Below, in pieces: positions 53,720 through 64,000 of a DNA stretch of 64,000 bases. This stretch comes from Escherichia phage YJin-2024a. Below the pieces are notes generated by a model. It was not told the origin of the DNA. It did not search any database and worked only from the letters and a program-made list of their open reading frames with translations. The DNA lies in the sequence record PP534475.1. One strand, 5' to 3'. The position numbers were made by a program, and so were the translations under genes. The first letter of the stretch is position 1. Each line of letters opens with the position of its first letter.

Positions 53720-56553
53720 TCCACAGACTGTTCTCCATCATCTCCTTCTGCTCTAATACGAAAATATAGTTTTCTATTGATTCCTAGAGCATCACTGTTA
53801 TGAAGAGCAAAATCTGCCTTATTATACATTAATAAATAGTCATAAGTATACTGATTTTCAATACGTACACTTCTTAGCATTCTATTCTGAGAATCATAGA
53901 TCTCCAGAGTATAGAATATACTTTCTATTATATCTTCTTCTGGTATCCTATCCCAAGCTAGTTTTACATCTGGGCCGACAAACTCAGTTACATCCCCAGA
54001 AGCCGTATTAGTTACCCTAAAATTAGATACTACGCTTAGGTTTTTAGCAGAGTTAAGTTCTATAGATAATGTTACTGGAGAACTTCTTCTACCATTTATA
54101 TCCACAGCCCTTATTTCAAATATTGCTAAACCTGCAGGCTCTCCAATTATCTCTTGGATCATGCGTTCATTGGGATTTGTTTCTAGTTGCTGCACAATAT
54201 AAGGCTCAGCATGCCCGGAATGCACGATAGAGTAATAAACTACATTATTAGTTAAGCTTGGAAGCCAAGATAACTCACCATTTTTTCCTATAGAACCAAC
54301 TAAACCACCGGGTGTAGGGGTATATTTAAAATCTCTAGGAGGGAGGACATTGTTACTAATATCTGGTATATCATTACCACTATTATCTACTTGATCAGAG
54401 TTGATAAATACATCTTCCCCATACTCTTGTAGAGTAACATTTATCTTTCCTTCCCTAGAGTTTTCGACTTCATCTACTAAAAAGTATTTCTTATCCCATC
54501 CGTAACGGTCATATGTAAATGCAATAGCATCGTTAGGCTCAATACCAATGAATTGATACGGTAAAGAAAATGAGAGGGTTCTAGAATACCTAGATTTCTT
54601 AAGTTCTCTGTCTGCAAAACTTCTAGCAGTATAGTAGTTAGTTATATTTGCAAAAGATAATTGTAATTTTTTGTCTAAATTTTTATCTTGCTCTTTATAT
54701 CTAGAGTTATAAAAGGTAATAGAGTTAGTTTTCCAGCTAAGAGCTGGGTCTACGATAGATGCTTGAACTGAGTTGAACTTATTTCTACCAGTAGTATCTG
54801 ATAGCTCTAAATCACCATAAGTATCCAGAAAATTAATTTCTAATGGAGTATTAGAATATTTTTCTACAGTAATCCTATATTGACCAGATAAGTTGTTAAT
54901 AGCCCCACCGTAGGACTCTAGCAAACCTTGCACGTTTTTAAATACTGATTCAGATGTATCTAGAATAGTATTCATTTGTACTATTTGTCTATTTTCTGCT
55001 AATGGATCATTCCACCCAACGTATCTCCAGTATGGCTGCCAAGATACCTGGTAAGATTCATCTATAATATCTAAGATAGCAGCTTCTTGTATCAATTGTT
55101 GAAGAGGGAACTGATCAATAGTAATGTTAGCACCATATCTATCTGAAGTTAAGTAATCAAGTGTTTGCCAGATACCATTTAAACTAGTGCTATTAGCAGT
55201 TACTCTACCATCAGAATGATAGATTTTTATCTTCTTACCCTGAATCTCAGCACTAACTTCTGGGATCTCAGTTCTATTTTCATTAATAGTAAAGCGTACT
55301 ACCGCGTATGCAGTATCTAATAGTTTATATCTAGCATCCCAGTACTCAGGCCCATTACCGTTCATACTTTGGAGATAGAACCCACGCTCCTTCGCTATAT
55401 TTACTAATACTTCAGAAGCCGTTTGATCAGCTTTTCCATGATAAGTCCAAATCCTTATATCACCATTACCATCGTTATATTTATATTCCTGACCATGCAC
55501 GGAAGGACTACTAGAGGATGTTCCTGATGCTATTCTTTGCATGGTGTCTCCGGCTACTTTTTTAACACCAAAACAGGTTCTAGCAGAGCTATCATTAGAG
55601 TCCATACAAATCATAGGGTTATCCCCAAAGGAAAAGTCAAGAAAACCGTCTATCTCCCCTTCAGCAAAGGCGTATACTACATAAACTATATTAGGGTTGT
55701 GTAATTCCGTATCCGCAAAAATAGGTATTCCCGGTATTTTCTGTACACCATAAACTACTGGTATATATTTAGCAGCAAGGTTAAAATCTATATCTACTTC
55801 TTTAGTAACAGTCTCATAATACTTTTTAAGACTATAACTTCTGGATAGTCCAAATAGCTTTTTCTTAGACTTTAGCTTGTATCTTTCTTCCTGTACCTGA
55901 TACTTTGCTAGAATAGAGATACTTTTATTGGCGTGAAAGAAACCGTAGTCTTCTTGGTACTCAAGTCTTTTAGCCCCGTTAGATGGAAGTAATTGCCCTG
56001 CTACAACTTCAAGCCCTCTATGAGAAGCATCATCAGTAAATCTACCATTAACCCTATCAAAATCATAGAATTGGTTAGAACAATTCCAAGTAATTGTGGA
56101 GGTTCCAACTCCCGAAGTACTAATATTATCCTTAATACCTCCACCAGTAATTCTACCTCTAAAGTATAATAAAGGCCCGTTTGTGTCTGGGTCTACAGGT
56201 AAAATAGAACCATCCTCTGTAATAATTGCTTGGTGGATTGATACTGTTCTATCTAAAAAGGACACACCATTCTGCACTAATTTCAGTACTTCATCCTGCG
56301 CTGTACCCGTAATAGTAAAAGATAGACTGCCAATAGATAAATCTCTGTTTTGTTTATGTGCGCTAATAGATTTAACTTTACCAGCCTGATACAAAATACC
56401 GTTATATAGTACATCTCTAAAATAATCAGTTAAATAAATAAAAGCAGTACTAGTACCAGTAGAGCTAGGCAACTCTAGAGAAATTAGACTAGCAGTTTTT
56501 ATTCTGCTGTTAGTTTTTAAGTAGCTTCTAGCACTATCTAATATTTTTTTCAT
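53704..56553 (-). CDS. baseplate hub/Tal-like protein (T5 pb3-like)
   Basis: 949 aa, immediately after Dit-like gene. Confidence 0.6.
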   Translation of the reverse strand: MKKILDSARSYLKTNSRIKTASLISLELPSSTGTSTAFIYLTDYFRDVLYNGILYQAGKVKSISAHKQNRDLSIGSLSFTITGTAQDEVLKLVQNGVSFLDRTVSIHQAIITEDGSILPVDPDTNGPLLYFRGRITGGGIKDNISTSGVGTSTITWNCSNQFYDFDRVNGRFTDDASHRGLEVVAGQLLPSNGAKRLEYQEDYGFFHANKSISILAKYQVQEERYKLKSKKKLFGLSRSYSLKKYYETVTKEVDIDFNLAAKYIPVVYGVQKIPGIPIFADTELHNPNIVYVVYAFAEGEIDGFLDFSFGDNPMICMDSNDSSARTCFGVKKVAGDTMQRIASGTSSSSPSVHGQEYKYNDGNGDIRIWTYHGKADQTASEVLVNIAKERGFYLQSMNGNGPEYWDARYKLLDTAYAVVRFTINENRTEIPEVSAEIQGKKIKIYHSDGRVTANSTSLNGIWQTLDYLTSDRYGANITIDQFPLQQLIQEAAILDIIDESYQVSWQPYWRYVGWNDPLAENRQIVQMNTILDTSESVFKNVQGLLESYGGAINNLSGQYRITVEKYSNTPLEINFLDTYGDLELSDTTGRNKFNSVQASIVDPALSWKTNSITFYNSRYKEQDKNLDKKLQLSFANITNYYTARSFADRELKKSRYSRTLSFSLPYQFIGIEPNDAIAFTYDRYGWDKKYFLVDEVENSREGKINVTLQEYGEDVFINSDQVDNSGNDIPDISNNVLPPRDFKYTPTPGGLVGSIGKNGELSWLPSLTNNVVYYSIVHSGHAEPYIVQQLETNPNERMIQEIIGEPAGLAIFEIRAVDINGRRSSPVTLSIELNSAKNLSVVSNFRVTNTASGDVTEFVGPDVKLAWDRIPEEDIIESIFYTLEIYDSQNRMLRSVRIENQYTYDYLLMYNKADFALHNSDALGINRKLYFRIRAEGDDGEQSVEWASI

Positions 56554-57164
56554 AGACTTTCCCGTAAGTTTAATGAGATGTTGGAGTATGTTCCATTATT
56601 ATTTAGTGTAGATCCAAAAGCATCACCATTCATAAGTTTTGTTCTAAATAGTATTCCATTAAATACTGGCTTCTCTGCTCCAGTAGTAGTTATAAATAAA
56701 TCAGGGTATAAGTTCATAGACCACGTATTGCCTGATTTACTGAATGATGTTATTTTATATACTTTTGGGTGGTTGGACAGCTTAAACAGGTCACCAGGTT
56801 TTGGGGTACCTGTAAGAAGCCCTTTTGTATCCATAGTTATATTAGAACCCTTCTGTCCAGCAGGTATATTTACTAGACTAGTATTACCTCTAACTCTAAA
56901 AGCTTCGTATTGGGGTAATATAACATCTATATAACCACCAGTCCTTTTGTATTCTAGAATAAAAGCGTCTAGAACACTATATTCATCTGGAAATAATTCT
57001 GGATAAGAAATATTTATACCCCAGTATTGAGCAGATACCTTAACTTCGTTAACTTTACCATTTGGTAACTCATCACGAATTACTGGGTCATTATCAATCA
57101 GGTTAACACTTTCGAATCCTAAGCCTGAAAGTTCTGGATTCGTGTATGGGTCTGGTAATCTCAT
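56550..57164 (-). CDS. distal tail protein Dit (T5 pb9-like)
   Basis: 204 aa, directly downstream of tape-measure gene. Confidence 0.6.
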   Translation of the reverse strand: MRLPDPYTNPELSGLGFESVNLIDNDPVIRDELPNGKVNEVKVSAQYWGINISYPELFPDEYSVLDAFILEYKRTGGYIDVILPQYEAFRVRGNTSLVNIPAGQKGSNITMDTKGLLTGTPKPGDLFKLSNHPKVYKITSFSKSGNTWSMNLYPDLFITTTGAEKPVFNGILFRTKLMNGDAFGSTLNNNGTYSNISLNLRESL

Positions 57165-57235
57165 AGTTAATTTCTCCTCTTTAATAACAATATTATAATA
57201 GTATTAGAAAATTTTATCAAGAAATTTTTATTTTT

Positions 57236-57266
57236 CCATAAAGAAAAGGAGGACTCAAAGTCCTCC
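57236..57266 (-). terminator. intrinsic terminator after the tape-measure gene
   Basis: GGAGGACT/AGTCCTCC hairpin followed on the minus strand by TTTTCTTTATGG. Confidence 0.6.
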
Positions 57267-57273
57267 TCCAGTT

Positions 57274-60200
57274 TTAAGAATTTCCTAATGTTTTCAGACT
57301 AGCACCGTTCTCATTCAGAGCTAATTCTACTGCGTCTCTTAGAGCACCACTATTACTAGAGGCAAACTCTCTAAAACTTGCAGCATCCATAGCACTAATA
57401 TTCAGGATGATAGGTCTTCCTGAAGTTGAGTTAGATGAGGTTTTTAGCTCATCATTAGGTGTAGCTTTCATAGGAACCATAGGGGTAACTACTTCTGTAC
57501 CATGCTCACCCATTTGATAGCTAACCCCAGGGTACATATTACCACCCTCAGCACGAGGAACGAAAGAGTTAGCACCACCTATACCTTTATCGCCTCTGAT
57601 ATAAGATAATTCACCAGCATTAGCAGACATAGACACATCTATATTCTTCTGACGCTCTCCTAAGGTTAGGTAACTAGTTGTACTTGCTCCAGAATCCACA
57701 GAGGGTATAGAGGATGCACTAGAAGCAGCGGCTAAGGATAGTGCGCCTGCAGCAGCCGCAGTGGCCATCATCGTTAACCCTAATGGTAAGAACGGACGGG
57801 TAGCTGCAGCGTTCATCATAGCTACGGCTGTAGATATGATTATTTGCTTTTTAGCTTCTCGCTGTTGTATCTTAGTCTTTTCTGCCTCCAACTTCTTGAT
57901 TTTAGCTTTAGATTCCTCAGATTTACCATCACGCTTCTGTTCTGCTGCAATAGCCTGGTCTATTGCACTTATTTGCTGGTTAGCGGAATATGCCATCATC
58001 TGTCCCACCATCTGCATACCTGCAGATATGGTTGTTATACTATCCAAGCTATCTTGTGCATTAGCCACCACTGCTAAGGAGAAATTACCTATGCTGTTAG
58101 CCAATGCTGTAGAAGCAGAATCCACTTCTGACATCTTAGCTATAGCCTGATCATACATAGACATTCTATTCTCAAAATCAGCAAACTCTTTATCTGCTCC
58201 AGATAGACCAGTTGTAGGAGTGAATGTACCCCCTAGTGAGGATATGACTGATTTGTACGTTTGATCCTCTCTTTGCTTTTTAAGCTGTTCTAAGGCTGCT
58301 GAAGTTTTATAAATCTCATTACGATATTTAATTTCTTCTTCAGTATTACCTTTAGACAGCTCCAGCTGCTGCTGCAGAATAGATAACCTTTCAGTGAGAA
58401 TCTGGGACTGACCAGTGACATTTCTCTGCGTTTGGCTAACCTCTAAGTCATCCATGAGACCTGACACAAGTGAGGCAGCAGCCTGTTTCTCTGCTTCCCA
58501 TTTTTCTCTACGTATTTGTGCTTGAGCACGTCTAGATTGCTCTATCTTAGCTTGGCTGTTTTCTTGTTTAGCATATAGCTCAGTTTTTTTCTTCTCTATC
58601 TCTAGTTCAAGATTTAACTGTTCTAGACGATACTGAGTATCAGTCATAGTACGGTTATTTAAAAGGGCTATTTCTTCGTCAATGCCGAGAATTTTATCTG
58701 TAAGATCTTTAACCTTCTTCTGAGCTTCCATACCCTGATTGGTAAGTTTAAGTTTCTCCAGCTGAACTTTTTCAATTTCTTTCTCAACAGCTTTATTTCC
58801 CTGGTTTGTTTGAAGAACACGGCGTAAAGCAGCTTCTTGCTCTTCTAGCTGTTGGAGTTCTAAACGCCTACCGGCTTCCTGTGCTTTTTCTTTATCCTTA
58901 GTTTGGTTATATACATCAGCTATCTTCTGTTGAACTGCTAACTGGTTCTTAGTCTCATTACCAGTTAGTTTAACGTACTCAGATAGAGCCTGGGATGCAG
59001 TTTTCATTTCAGATAAAGTGTTAAACCCTAAGTTGAGATTTTTAACATACTCATCAGCACTCTTACCAGTTCCTGCGGATAGAGATTCTACATTTCTAAT
59101 TACATCTTCAAAAGTTGCACTGGTTTTAGCAGCAGTATCTGTGCTCATAGCTATATTTTGAAAGTCATTAGCTAAATCACCAGAAGTTTTCTTAGTTTGA
59201 TTATATGCTTTTTGTTGCTCTACTAGACCCTTTAGAGCAGCAGAGTTAAAGTCATATACAGCATCAGGATCCGTAGCATCTTTCTGTAGATTAATCTGTT
59301 TCTGGAACTCTGGATTAGCTTTTGCAACAGCAGCTCCGGCAGTTTGAAACGCTGATTTCCAAGCATTAAGGTTTTCAGTAGAATCTGCAACTTCTTTATC
59401 TAAGCGTTCTACTTGTAGACCCATAGCTGCAGTTTCTGCTACAAATTGCTTATTGGCCTCCGAAGCACCTATTGTTAAAAGATCAACAGGGTCACCTTTA
59501 CTAACTTGATTTATAGCTAGTCTTGTATAGAAATCTGCTTGTCCCATACGTTTATCATACTCAGCCTTTAGTTTGTTACGCTTATCAAGAGATTCCCTAT
59601 ACATACCTAAAGCTTTATTGTATCCTTCTTCAGAAGCAGATAAACTTAGAGCAACAGCACCTACATTACTGGGATCTATCAGTTTATTAGTTTTTTCTTG
59701 AGCTCTAGCTGCTTCAGCAGATATAGAAGCCTGAGAGATATAGAATATTGTGTTGATATAATCCATCATTGGTCCTAAGTACTTAGCAGCAGCTTGTTGT
59801 ACTTTTCTTAGGGCAGAGTTAGCGTTAGCAGCAAATAGCTCCCAAGGAGTTAATTTAAGAACCTCATCTAGGTAGCCAAGCTGCTTAGTAGATTCAGTAA
59901 TTATCGCGTTAGCGTATGCTTGTTGTCTCTGGAAAGTGGTAAGACTATTAATATTATAAGTTATACCTGTGTTAGCAGCATTTAACTGTTTAACATAGTC
60001 AGCATATGCGTCATTAAGACGAATGGTGATACCAAGCTCATCTAGAAGTTCGATCTCTTGTTTTGATACACCCTTAATTACACGGTTAAGTGCATCAGTC
60101 ATATCAACACCAAGAACAGCCGCCGCACGACGAGCTACTAAACCAAATTTACTAAGTTGTTCAGCATCAAATCCGTAGGCTGAGGCAGTGGAGGCCTGTC

Positions 60201-60954
60201 TCATCGCTTCCTCAAAAGAAATAGCGTATCCAGTAGCTTCTTGTAGTGATCTGGCAAGAGACTGAACAGGAGTACCTGTCTGAGCGCCTACTATAACACC
60301 AAACTGTTCCAATCTGTTTAGCTGATCACCTATTTTAAGTTGTTCGAATGCAGCTTGCAAAACGTAGAGATTGGAAGCAATACCTGCGTATAGCATAGGT
60401 AAACCACCACCGATCTTAGCCATTGCCGCAAAATTACGAGTAGCTCCGCGTGCGGAACCGGAAGTATTACCTAAAGCTCTAGAAGCTCTACCAGCAGCAC
60501 CAGCAGTGTCATTAAAACCTCTAGTTGTACCACCTAATGCTCTATTAGTATCATATAATCTATCTTGAACTTTCTCTGTTGCAGCTGCAACATCATTACC
60601 CATTGCTTTAACAGATCTAGAAACTCCATCGAATCCCATCTCTAGTTTATCTGTTATTTCAATAAGTTGGATAGCTAGGTAGTCTAGTTTATCACCAATA
60701 TCATTGATAGATTTAGTGATACCAGCCATACCCCTACTAGCTTGCATTTTAGTAAGACTTTTTGCTGCTCTATCTGCTGCCCTCTCAATGGAGTAAAGGG
60801 TTTTGGGCATTTTACCTAACTGCTCATTTGTCAGTTCGGAAGCAGCAGCAGCGTTTTCCAACGCATCAGATACGTTTTCAATAGACTTTGCAGTACGAGT
60901 TGCCCCCTTCTGTTTAACGTCTATTAGTAATTCTCGTATTAGCTTATCAGTCAT
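57274..60954 (-). CDS. tail tape measure protein
   Basis: 1226 aa, coiled-coil-rich, internal hydrophobic/Ala-rich segment. Confidence 0.85.
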   Translation of the reverse strand: MTDKLIRELLIDVKQKGATRTAKSIENVSDALENAAAASELTNEQLGKMPKTLYSIERAADRAAKSLTKMQASRGMAGITKSINDIGDKLDYLAIQLIEITDKLEMGFDGVSRSVKAMGNDVAAATEKVQDRLYDTNRALGGTTRGFNDTAGAAGRASRALGNTSGSARGATRNFAAMAKIGGGLPMLYAGIASNLYVLQAAFEQLKIGDQLNRLEQFGVIVGAQTGTPVQSLARSLQEATGYAISFEEAMRQASTASAYGFDAEQLSKFGLVARRAAAVLGVDMTDALNRVIKGVSKQEIELLDELGITIRLNDAYADYVKQLNAANTGITYNINSLTTFQRQQAYANAIITESTKQLGYLDEVLKLTPWELFAANANSALRKVQQAAAKYLGPMMDYINTIFYISQASISAEAARAQEKTNKLIDPSNVGAVALSLSASEEGYNKALGMYRESLDKRNKLKAEYDKRMGQADFYTRLAINQVSKGDPVDLLTIGASEANKQFVAETAAMGLQVERLDKEVADSTENLNAWKSAFQTAGAAVAKANPEFQKQINLQKDATDPDAVYDFNSAALKGLVEQQKAYNQTKKTSGDLANDFQNIAMSTDTAAKTSATFEDVIRNVESLSAGTGKSADEYVKNLNLGFNTLSEMKTASQALSEYVKLTGNETKNQLAVQQKIADVYNQTKDKEKAQEAGRRLELQQLEEQEAALRRVLQTNQGNKAVEKEIEKVQLEKLKLTNQGMEAQKKVKDLTDKILGIDEEIALLNNRTMTDTQYRLEQLNLELEIEKKKTELYAKQENSQAKIEQSRRAQAQIRREKWEAEKQAAASLVSGLMDDLEVSQTQRNVTGQSQILTERLSILQQQLELSKGNTEEEIKYRNEIYKTSAALEQLKKQREDQTYKSVISSLGGTFTPTTGLSGADKEFADFENRMSMYDQAIAKMSEVDSASTALANSIGNFSLAVVANAQDSLDSITTISAGMQMVGQMMAYSANQQISAIDQAIAAEQKRDGKSEESKAKIKKLEAEKTKIQQREAKKQIIISTAVAMMNAAATRPFLPLGLTMMATAAAAGALSLAAASSASSIPSVDSGASTTSYLTLGERQKNIDVSMSANAGELSYIRGDKGIGGANSFVPRAEGGNMYPGVSYQMGEHGTEVVTPMVPMKATPNDELKTSSNSTSGRPIILNISAMDAASFREFASSNSGALRDAVELALNENGASLKTLGNS

Positions 60955-60960
60955 GTTTTA

Positions 60961-61002
60961 TTTTTCCCAATAAAAAAGGCTCTGGGCAAATCACCCAGAG
61001 CC
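60961..61002 (-). terminator. hairpin terminator/attenuator upstream of the tape-measure gene
   Basis: 9-bp hairpin GGCTCTGGG/CCCAGAGCC followed on the minus strand by TTTTTATTGGG. Confidence 0.55.
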
Positions 61003-61037
61003 AAGCCTCATCGTGGAACGCCCATTGGAGGAAACTT

Positions 61038-61493
61038 TTACCGTGCGCGAGATTTAGCATGTGGCTTAACGTTAGGAATCCTCCCGTTTTGCGGTTTATG
61101 CTTCTCAGCACGTTTACGTGCAGCATCTACAGCTTTAGCATCAAATATATTGATAATGTGTAGAACAAATTCTTTTTCTATAGGATCAGTAATCCCATAA
61201 ATATCAAATAAAACACCTAGAGCAGCTTTATCTTTACCTATAAAAATAGGAAAGTCACCTGGTATGAAACAATCAATTAGACTGTTATAAATATTCATAC
61301 TAATAGATACAATAGGTGGAAAATCTTCGAGTTCAACAGGCATAGCCTTAGGATCAGGTTCTATACCCATTGACTCGCAAAGTATTAAATATTGTTGTTT
61401 AGTCATTTTAGACGCTGAGCTTTTAATACATTTGTCTGCAAAATCAGCAACAGCATCTAGGAGTTCTTTACGCTTTTGGGCTACGAAAAGTGT
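61038..61493 (-). CDS. tail assembly chaperone, downstream (+1) frame
   Basis: Frame open from 61493 and overlapping the end of the upstream chaperone ORF by 26 nt; ATG at 61406. Confidence 0.45.
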   Translation of the reverse strand, partial: TLFVAQKRKELLDAVADFADKCIKSSASKMTKQQYLILCESMGIEPDPKAMPVELEDFPPIVSISMNIYNSLIDCFIPGDFPIFIGKDKAALGVLFDIYGITDPIEKEFVLHIINIFDAKAVDAARKRAEKHKPQNGRIPNVKPHAKSRAR

Positions 61494-61872
61494 CTAAGTG
61501 GAACACTGTCTGGTTGATCCAAGAATCAAACGCAGCAGAGTTCTGCATGAGCATTACAGCATTATCGCGGCTAAAAGGAACTTCAGTAGCAGGATCAGCA
61601 TCTGTTTCAATCAGCATCAGTTTTTCAACGTCACCTACAGTCAAACCAGTCCAACCTTTAATAGCTGCGTCAACAAAGGCTTCAATGAACTTATCGTCAT
61701 CCTGTACCTGAATCAAAGTACCGTTAACCCATTCATCGCGTTTAGCAGAGGAGATAACACGTTTAGAGGTAGCACGAGACATATAGTTAAGTTCTAATTT
61801 AAAGTTCGGCATACCTGGGTAGGAAAGAGTAATAGTACGAGTATCAAGAGTAATATCTTTTAAATTAATCAT
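61468..61872 (-). CDS. tail assembly chaperone (G-like)
   Basis: 134-aa acidic ORF upstream of the tape-measure gene. Confidence 0.5.
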   Translation of the reverse strand: MINLKDITLDTRTITLSYPGMPNFKLELNYMSRATSKRVISSAKRDEWVNGTLIQVQDDDKFIEAFVDAAIKGWTGLTVGDVEKLMLIETDADPATEVPFSRDNAVMLMQNSAAFDSWINQTVFHLDTFRSPKA

Positions 61873-62768
61873 TTTTTAATTTCTCCAAAGAAATCTATTC
61901 TCACTGGGTCTGAAGAAGCAGTAGGTATAATATCCCACTCGACTCTATACACATCTGAGAACTCTAGGCGTTTTGTAATACGTGCTGAAGGAAAATCTAT
62001 AGAAATATTATTATTTCTTATCGTTAAAGGTATATCTGTCTCCGGTTCTATATTATAAACCATATCTCCTGCAAAACGTTTTAAGTAGTACAGAGAAATG
62101 GTTGCCGAAGCATTCATTTCAGTTACATAAGCTCTTTTATTATTATAAATTTTATTTATATCAAAAACACTCTTATCCTCTCTCCAGGAGCACTGCTGTT
62201 GGAAAGATAAAGAGGCAGAAATAAGACCAGGTAAGATGCTACCATTAGTAGAAGCTACTACTGGGCTATAAGACATTACTTCACCCTGTATAATAGAAGC
62301 TGCTTCTCTATATATAGATACTTCGGAAAATTTCCCCGATTCAATACCAACATTAAGAATTGGTATATTCTTATCTAAAGAAAAATCTACTGTAGATACA
62401 TAGCAGTTTTCAAAATATACACAGTTATTATCTTTATTTACTATATAGATATTGAACATAATAGGTTCAATATTACTACTATATAGTGGGAGTAAGAAAG
62501 TATTACCTTTTCTATCAAAACCTAACCATTCAAAGAAGTTAGCCTCAGTAAGAGTATTACTGAAATTTACTGCTAGAGAGATAGAAGAGGGGGTTTGAGC
62601 ATTTATAATAGAGTCTGCATAGTTAGTTCTACGATGAACAGTCCTACGAAGAGTCTTGAATTCCTCGTAGGAAGTCTGTATATCATAGTTTGATAGGGCA
62701 TCAAAATGAAATGCCCTACCATCATACTCAACTATAACTTTTGACTCTCTCATTAGAGAGTAATACAT
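61869..62768 (-). CDS. tail structural protein
   Basis: 299-aa ORF between tail-tube and chaperone genes. Confidence 0.45.
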   Translation of the reverse strand: MYYSLMRESKVIVEYDGRAFHFDALSNYDIQTSYEEFKTLRRTVHRRTNYADSIINAQTPSSISLAVNFSNTLTEANFFEWLGFDRKGNTFLLPLYSSNIEPIMFNIYIVNKDNNCVYFENCYVSTVDFSLDKNIPILNVGIESGKFSEVSIYREAASIIQGEVMSYSPVVASTNGSILPGLISASLSFQQQCSWREDKSVFDINKIYNNKRAYVTEMNASATISLYYLKRFAGDMVYNIEPETDIPLTIRNNNISIDFPSARITKRLEFSDVYRVEWDIIPTASSDPVRIDFFGEIKK

Positions 62769-62772
62769 TTAA

Positions 62773-64000
62773 TTAGCCACCTGCTGTTACAGTAATGCTC
62801 TTAGTACCTTCTACACCAGAACTGTCTTTAGCTACAGCTTTCACAGTAACTTCTCCAGTCTTAGTAGTATCTGCAGTTAATAGACCAGACTCTGGATCAA
62901 TTGTAGCTGCATCACCACTAGAAATAGACCAAGGTACGGCACTATTAGTAGCATCTGGCGGAGTTACTTCAACAGACATCTGTAGAGTATTGCTATTCTC
63001 CACTGAAGTGACATTACCAGCGGATTTAACTGTGATTGATTCAACTAGTTTTGGGGGAGTTTTAGCGCCATCTCCTGTAGCAATCAGATTAGCCACAGTG
63101 GTTTTAGTATACTTGCTAGAGAAACCAAGATAACCTTCATCACCAGTATCCAGATCTGTAGGAATAGCTTTAAACTCTACTGAAGTACCAAGTACATCAT
63201 CAGTTTCAATAGTAGGAATATTAACGTGTGCTTGTTTAGCTACCAGAATAGCCGCAGGACGTTCTTCATCATATTCACCACCAAGTACTAGAGCAATTTC
63301 GAAGCGGTTAACTACCTTAAGAGTTTTAATTAGATCTTTATATAGCTCCATAGATCCTAGAGCTTTATCATTAAGGTAAGCTGTCAGAGAACCAGTTAGT
63401 TCAAACGCACCAGTAAATGAACCGATTGGAATATTTACACGGGACATAATATTTGGGGTTAGGTACGTGATGTTATTATTAATGGTGAAAGTACCCCCAG
63501 TAATAGGGATATCATATGCCTTATCAGAATCCATATCCTTAATTTTCAGGATAGTCAGTTTGTTCTTAATATAAGAACTCTGAATAGTCATATAAGTTTC
63601 ATCATCAATACCTACCACATCTGGATCAAATGGCTGAGCATCCAGAGGAATAAGCTGATTACCATTACCAGACCAAGTTACACGACCAATATCTTCGATA
63701 TCAACGTTAACTTCTGCCTGATTAATCTGACAGGAATCGATATAACTCCATGCTTTATCAGTCAGAATATAAATATGTAACATTGCTAACTCGTGATAAG
63801 AGTTATCTTTGAAGTTAACCATAAAGTTAGCTTCGTTATTGTGTGCCCCTGTATTACCTTCTAAGTTAATAGCTTTACCACTAGAAAGTGCATGCCATAA
63901 CATATAGTCAGGAACAATTTGTTTGCTAGTAGTTTTGTCTTTATATGGCAGGATATAAGTAGAGAAACTCCACTCAGCTGCGTTTAAAGAGTCGTTAAAA
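62773..64000 (-). CDS. major tail tube protein with C-terminal Ig-like domain (T5 pb6-like); 5' end beyond window
   Basis: Frame stays open to the window edge; C-terminal Big_2-like segment. Confidence 0.65.
   Translation of the reverse strand, partial: FNDSLNAAEWSFSTYILPYKDKTTSKQIVPDYMLWHALSSGKAINLEGNTGAHNNEANFMVNFKDNSYHELAMLHIYILTDKAWSYIDSCQINQAEVNVDIEDIGRVTWSGNGNQLIPLDAQPFDPDVVGIDDETYMTIQSSYIKNKLTILKIKDMDSDKAYDIPITGGTFTINNNITYLTPNIMSRVNIPIGSFTGAFELTGSLTAYLNDKALGSMELYKDLIKTLKVVNRFEIALVLGGEYDEERPAAILVAKQAHVNIPTIETDDVLGTSVEFKAIPTDLDTGDEGYLGFSSKYTKTTVANLIATGDGAKTPPKLVESITVKSAGNVTSVENSNTLQMSVEVTPPDATNSAVPWSISSGDAATIDPESGLLTADTTKTGEVTVKAVAKDSSGVEGTKSITVTAGG

Noticed and set aside
57761-58150. 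Plus-strand ORFs inside the tape-measure gene
   Set aside because: Antisense to a 1226-aa ORF with clear tape-measure character
1-64000. CRISPR array, integrase/attachment site or transposon
   Set aside because: No spaced direct-repeat array, no tyrosine/serine recombinase or transposase motifs seen; the only mobile-type genes are free-standing HNH and GIY-YIG-like endonucleases

Overview
This window reads as one contiguous piece of a T5-like siphophage genome (Demerecviridae). The calls rest on gene content and order, on protein sizes that match T5 proteins from memory (flap endonuclease 291 aa, DNA polymerase 855 aa, Dit 204 aa, hub 949 aa), and on promoters nearly identical to the classical T5 PN25 promoter as I recall it. 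No database search or computation was run; all homology calls are by-eye motif recognition. Layout: (1) 1-19,140, minus-strand early genes, each small gene with its own sigma70-type promoter, interspersed with tRNA genes, HNH endonucleases and a nucleotide-metabolism block (RNase H, ThyA, DHFR, NrdB, NrdA, PhoH); (2) 19,140-19,458, a divergent AT-rich promoter hub; (3) 19,459-46,832, plus-strand early genes: T5orf172-like, NrdD, Sir2-like, HAD phosphatase, tandem paralogs, HNH, primase-helicase-like, split NAD-dependent ligase, RecA-fold helicase, DnaG primase, PolA polymerase, SF2 helicase, gp32-like SSB, SbcCD-like, Hjc-like, FEN, dUTPase; (4) 46,888-64,000, minus-strand tail module (tail tube, chaperones, tape measure, Dit, hub, pb4-like, collar, L-shaped tail fibres). 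The best candidates for undescribed biology are accessory units: a self-contained plus-strand cassette of glycine-zipper/Gln-rich proteins beside an SPFH protein (2.6-5.4 kb), a NADAR gene, a Sir2-like/HAD pair followed by tandem paralogs, a 0.4-kb structured untranslated leader between an HNH gene and the primase-helicase gene, and non-canonical tRNA-like RNAs. None of these functions is established by the sequence alone.
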